NCBI GenBank assembly: GCA_963745035.1 | Contig: CAVUVW010000021.1 | Location: 386,045 to 450,044 of the forward strand | Length of the DNA stretch: 64,000 nucleotides | Origin: an uncultured delta proteobacterium | Lineage (GTDB): Bacteria; Desulfobacterota; Binatia; UBA9968 | Direction: 5' to 3' | Shown: piece by piece, positions 60,571 through 64,000 of the stretch | How the letters are laid out: each line of letters opens with the position of its first letter | How positions within the stretch are numbered: position 1 is the stretch's first letter | Notes under the pieces: model-generated | The model's input: the letters and a program-made list of their open reading frames with translations, nothing else | Database searches by the model: none | What the model was told of the DNA's origin: nothing | Translations under genes and position numbers: made by a program

Positions 60571-61586
60571 ATGGCCGAGATATTTGTCAGTTATGCTTCC
60601 GCAGACCGCGAGCGAGCGCAGGCGCTTGCCGCTGCGTTGAGCGCGCGCGGCTGGTCCGTCTGGTGGGACCGTAAAATACCGCTCGGAAAATCCTATGATG
60701 AAGTCATCGAAAAAGCGCTGGCGCAAGCCAAGTGCGTGATCGTGCTTTGGTCGGCGGTTTCCGTCGCATCGGAATGGGTACGCAACGAAGCATCCGAAGG
60801 CAAACGGCGTGAGATCCTGGTGCCAGTGTTTATTGATGGCGTGGATGCACCGCTGGCGTTTCGCTTGCTGAACGGCGCGAATCTGATTGATTGGCAGACA
60901 GATATTGCGAATCAGGAATTCGACAAGCTCGTGGAGCGGGTCACGGAACTGCTCGGCCAGAGCTCTGCCGCGGCGACGCCATCGTCGTTCGTCAACACTC
61001 GCGTGCCGCCATATCAGCCGAGCAGAGAATTTGTCGCAAAGTTTTTCAAGTCTCGCCTGGTTCGGGGCGGATTGGCCACGTCATTTGTCGCGCTGCTCGC
61101 AGTCGGCTTTCTCCTGAAGGGGCGTGAGCCGGAACTTGAAAAGCCGGCGGAGGAGCAATCCAATTCGACGCCCGCCGGCCCTGAAGAGCCTGAGAGCCGG
61201 GTGGTTCGGATCTCGAAAAAAGCATCAAAGACCTGTCCAAGATATTTGGCGGGGCAGTCCCGGCAACATCCATGGCCAAAGGATTTCACGTGCCGGATCT
61301 CGGAGTGCGCATAGCCTACATCACTCCGGAGCAGAGCGCATCGACTCTGGGTGCGCTGCCACCGGGCGCGGTGGTGATGGAGGTGGAAAGCGGCCGCGCG
61401 GTGGCGAAGGCGGGGATCCACGTCGGCGATGTCATGGTCGCGATCGGCGGCAAGAAGATCGCGAGTGAAAACGATTTGCGCCAGGCTATTTTCAAGATCG
61501 GCCCGGGCAAGACGGCATATTCCTACCGGCGCGGTGGTGAAACCAAAACAGTTACGATCGAGTGCGCGAAGTGCGAAGCCCAATAA
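60571..61586 (+). CDS. TIR domain - transmembrane helix - PDZ domain protein (frameshift near 61195; alternatively two genes 60571-61314 and 61272-61586)
   Basis: [32 protein letters not shown]; [18 protein letters not shown]; PDZ LGVR...GAVVMEV...AGIHVGDV. Confidence 0.82.
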
Positions 61587-61620
61587 TCCCGCTTTCCTTC
61601 CGCTCGAAGCGCTAAATCCT

Positions 61621-62011
61621 ATGAAAAGAGGCAAGCAGCGGCACGCAAAAATCACGTGCCGCGAAAGAAGGGCGCCGCCAAACGGGCCTGACCGCTAAGC
61701 GGGTTGCGCCGGCGGCTTATGGCATGATTCCGGTAAATGAAGCGCTGCTCGCGCCCAACAACAGCTACGGGGCTCCTGATTTTGTTCGGAGGGGATACTA
61801 CGTCGATATTTCCTTTCGTTGTGCCGACTGCGGCATTGAAGAAGTTTGGACCGGCGCGCAGCAAAAGTGGTGGTACGAGGTCGCGAAAGGCTTCGTCTAT
61901 TCAACGGCGATCAGGTGCCGGCGTTGCCGGCGGAAGCAACGAGAGCGGCGCGCCGACGCGCGGCGGACTCACCTAGAAGGCAGAGCGCAAAAAACGGGCG
62001 AAATGGAGTGA
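61621..62011 (+). CDS. Probable zinc-ribbon domain protein (zf-trcl-like)
   Basis: YYVDISFRCADCG..EVWT..QQKWWYE...RCRRCR. A basic N-terminus MKRGKQR lies in another frame; the in-frame ATG is at 61724. Confidence 0.8.
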
Positions 62012-62162
62012 ACTGCGATCGCCGCGCCGCTAACGACGAATGTATGAGCCGATGCACTGGATTTCGGCGCGCCGGGCGCATGTGTTGCGCCGTCTTGCGG
62101 CTTAGGCTGGACCTGCGATAGGATCCGCTGCGGTCGAACGCTAATCCAGAAAGGAAGTTCTT

Positions 62163-62714
62163 ATGGGACTCTTAGACGGTTTACTGGGTGCGGCCCTCGG
62201 CGGCAACCGTGGACAAACGCAAACACAAGATCCGCTTAGCTCCATACTGGGCGGTTTGACCGGCGGCGGCGGTACAGGCACAGGGAGCGGGGGCAATCTT
62301 TTGCTGCAACTTGCGCTCATGATGCTGCAAAGGAATGGCGGCTTGGACGGTGTGCTCGGCAAGTTCCGTGAAGCCGGCATGGGCGCGCAGGCGGATTCCT
62401 GGGTGAGCAACGGGCAAAATATGAACCTCTCCCCCGATCAATTACAGCAAATTTTTGATTCCGGCTCTTTGAACGACATCGCGTCACAGCTTGGCATGTC
62501 GCAGAATCAGGCCGGTTCGGCGATGTCGCAGATGCTGCCGGAGCTGATCAATCAATTGACTCCCCAGGGTCAAGTGACGAGCGAAAGCGATAACTCGATC
62601 GCCGAAGCCCTGCGAGTCGCTTGCTCAAAGCCCGGGCCGTTAAGATTGTCGACGAGCTTCGGCAGATCGGAAAGCTTCCGCTCTAACCGGGCCGAGCCGG
62701 CGACGACGTTTTGA
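62163..62714 (+). CDS. YidB/DUF937 family protein
   Basis: MGLLDGLLG, GGLDGVL..F, SWV, LPELINQLTPQG. True stop possibly 62643 after a +1 error. Confidence 0.88.
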   Translation: MGLLDGLLGAALGGNRGQTQTQDPLSSILGGLTGGGGTGTGSGGNLLLQLALMMLQRNGGLDGVLGKFREAGMGAQADSWVSNGQNMNLSPDQLQQIFDSGSLNDIASQLGMSQNQAGSAMSQMLPELINQLTPQGQVTSESDNSIAEALRVACSKPGPLRLSTSFGRSESFRSNRAEPATTF

Positions 62715-62736
62715 TGTCGGCTCGGGTGGCGCGCAG

Positions 62737-63261
62737 TTGTCGCTGACCGTGAACAGGGATTCGACCGCCGGAGCGCTGGTGTCGTTGATCTGTCTCACCG
62801 TTTTCGCCTTGGTGTTCATCGTCTACACCACGCGATATCTGCCGGATCCCGTAGCCACTCATTTCGGCGCGAACAATCGCGCCAACGGGTGGATGACTCG
62901 CAACGGCTATTTGGCCTTTATGCTTGGTTTTCTGATCGGCGTTCCGGCATTTGTGAGCCTCGTCGTCGGCGTTCTCCCGCGCAAGTTTCCCCAGTGGACG
63001 AACGTTCCCAATCGCGACTATTGGCTGGCCTCGTCCCGCCGCGAGGAGTCGCTGCGTTTTCTCTCCGCGCACGGCATGCGCCTGGCCTGCATGATCGTGA
63101 TGACGATGCTCGGCATGCACTACACGATCCTCGTTGCCAATCACATGCAGCCGCCGGCGTTGCCGGTGCCGGTCTTTTCGGCGATCTTGATGGGTTTTGC
63201 TTTAGCACTGCTCTGGTGGATCGTAAGACTGTACCGGAGGTTTCCTAAGCCGTCGAAGTGA
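62737..63261 (+). CDS. DUF1648 domain membrane protein
   Basis: LPDPVATHFG.NN.ANGW, NVPNRDYW, four hydrophobic segments. Confidence 0.82.
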   Translation: MSLTVNRDSTAGALVSLICLTVFALVFIVYTTRYLPDPVATHFGANNRANGWMTRNGYLAFMLGFLIGVPAFVSLVVGVLPRKFPQWTNVPNRDYWLASSRREESLRFLSAHGMRLACMIVMTMLGMHYTILVANHMQPPALPVPVFSAILMGFALALLWWIVRLYRRFPKPSK

Positions 63262-63382
63262 ATCTACGCGATCGCAAGCCGCGGAAGCGTTCCGGGCACA
63301 TGGACATGAAATTCGAATTGGATTTCGCCGGAGCTTAGGATGAGATTTTGACATCGTCTCGGCGCGGAGAGAGGCAACTACG

Positions 63383-64000
63383 ATGAATCGCAAAGAACCG
63401 ACGCGCTGTCCCTGGGTCGATTTAACTAAACCGGATTACGTCGATTACCATGACCGGGAGTGGGGCGTCCCGGTGCACGACGATCGGGTGATGTTCGAAT
63501 TCTTCACTTTAGAGGCGGCGCAGGCGGGGCTCAGTTGGTACACGGTGCTGCGCAAACGCGCTGCGTATCGCGAAGCCTTTGCCGGCTTCGATCCTGAGAA
63601 AGTTGCTCGCTTCGGCAAGCGCCAAATCGGCCTGCTGCTTAAGAATGCCGGCATCATTCGCAACCGAGCAAAGGTCCTGGCGGCGATTCATAACGCGGAA
63701 AAATTTCTCGACGTTCAGGAGGAGTTCGGCAGCTTCGACGCTTATATTTGGCGCTTTGTTGGCGGCCGACCGCTTGTTCATCGCCTCAAGTCGTTGAAGG
63801 ACTATCCCGCGACCACGCCGGAGTCCGATGCCATGAGCAAAGATCTAAAGCAGCGCGGCTTCAAGTTCGTCGGCTCGACGATCTGCTACGCGCATATGCA
63901 GGCAACCGGCATGGTCAACGATCACACCATCGGCTGCTTTCGCCGGAAGCGAATTGTCGATTCGTATCGGAGCGCGCCAAAAACAGGCAGCATCAAAAGC
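63383..64000 (+). CDS. tag: DNA-3-methyladenine glycosylase I (3' end beyond window; missing from the ORF track)
   Basis: RCPW, YHDREWGVP, QAGLSW, GIIRNRAK, GFKFVG, GMVNDH...C. Confidence 0.96.
   Translation, partial: MNRKEPTRCPWVDLTKPDYVDYHDREWGVPVHDDRVMFEFFTLEAAQAGLSWYTVLRKRAAYREAFAGFDPEKVARFGKRQIGLLLKNAGIIRNRAKVLAAIHNAEKFLDVQEEFGSFDAYIWRFVGGRPLVHRLKSLKDYPATTPESDAMSKDLKQRGFKFVGSTICYAHMQATGMVNDHTIGCFRRKRIVDSYRSAPKTGSIKS

Noticed and set aside
1-64000. tRNA/rRNA genes, CRISPR arrays, IS elements, prophage
   Set aside because: No cloverleaf or T-loop signatures, periodic repeats, or transposase, integrase or phage motifs found by eye. A covariance-model scan would be needed to exclude small RNAs.

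Overview
High-GC bacterial chromosomal window. Gene content and order suggest a deltaproteobacteria-like lineage such as Candidatus Binatia/Binatota (inference only). 1-23 kb is a long lipid A / LPS core cluster: lpxI, a GnnA-like dehydrogenase, lpxB, msbA, waaA, lpxK, gmhB, an epimerase, Trm112, two GT9 heptosyltransferases, three Kdo/WaaP-family kinases, GT2/GT4 transferases, methyltransferases, a sulfotransferase and hldA. 23-36 kb holds yicC-gmk-spoT, rpmB/hldC, a UbiD decarboxylase, a signal peptide-DUF151-PDZ protein, mutL-miaA, an M20 peptidase and an extended CobW GTPase. 36-53 kb holds an SDR, an O-methyltransferase, a lower-GC SH3b gene, an RluA-family synthase, the pheA-hisC-tyrA-aroA-cmk-rpsA-sppA-ihfB-HIT operon, an AAA+/vWA pair, DUF72 and a DAHP synthase. 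53-64 kb is an accessory stretch with orphan solute-binding proteins, gene remnants, an enolase-superfamily/cupin/MOSC group, a TIR-TM-PDZ receptor-like gene and tag. From about 24.4 kb onward many conserved genes carry single-base frameshifts, most likely consensus errors. These create false fusions (pheA-hisC, rpsA-sppA). I found no tRNA, rRNA, CRISPR array or transposase. The best candidates for novelty are the TIR-TM-PDZ protein, the exported DUF151-PDZ protein and the CobW protein with a Cys-rich C-terminal domain. All family assignments come from motif recognition by eye; no database search was run.
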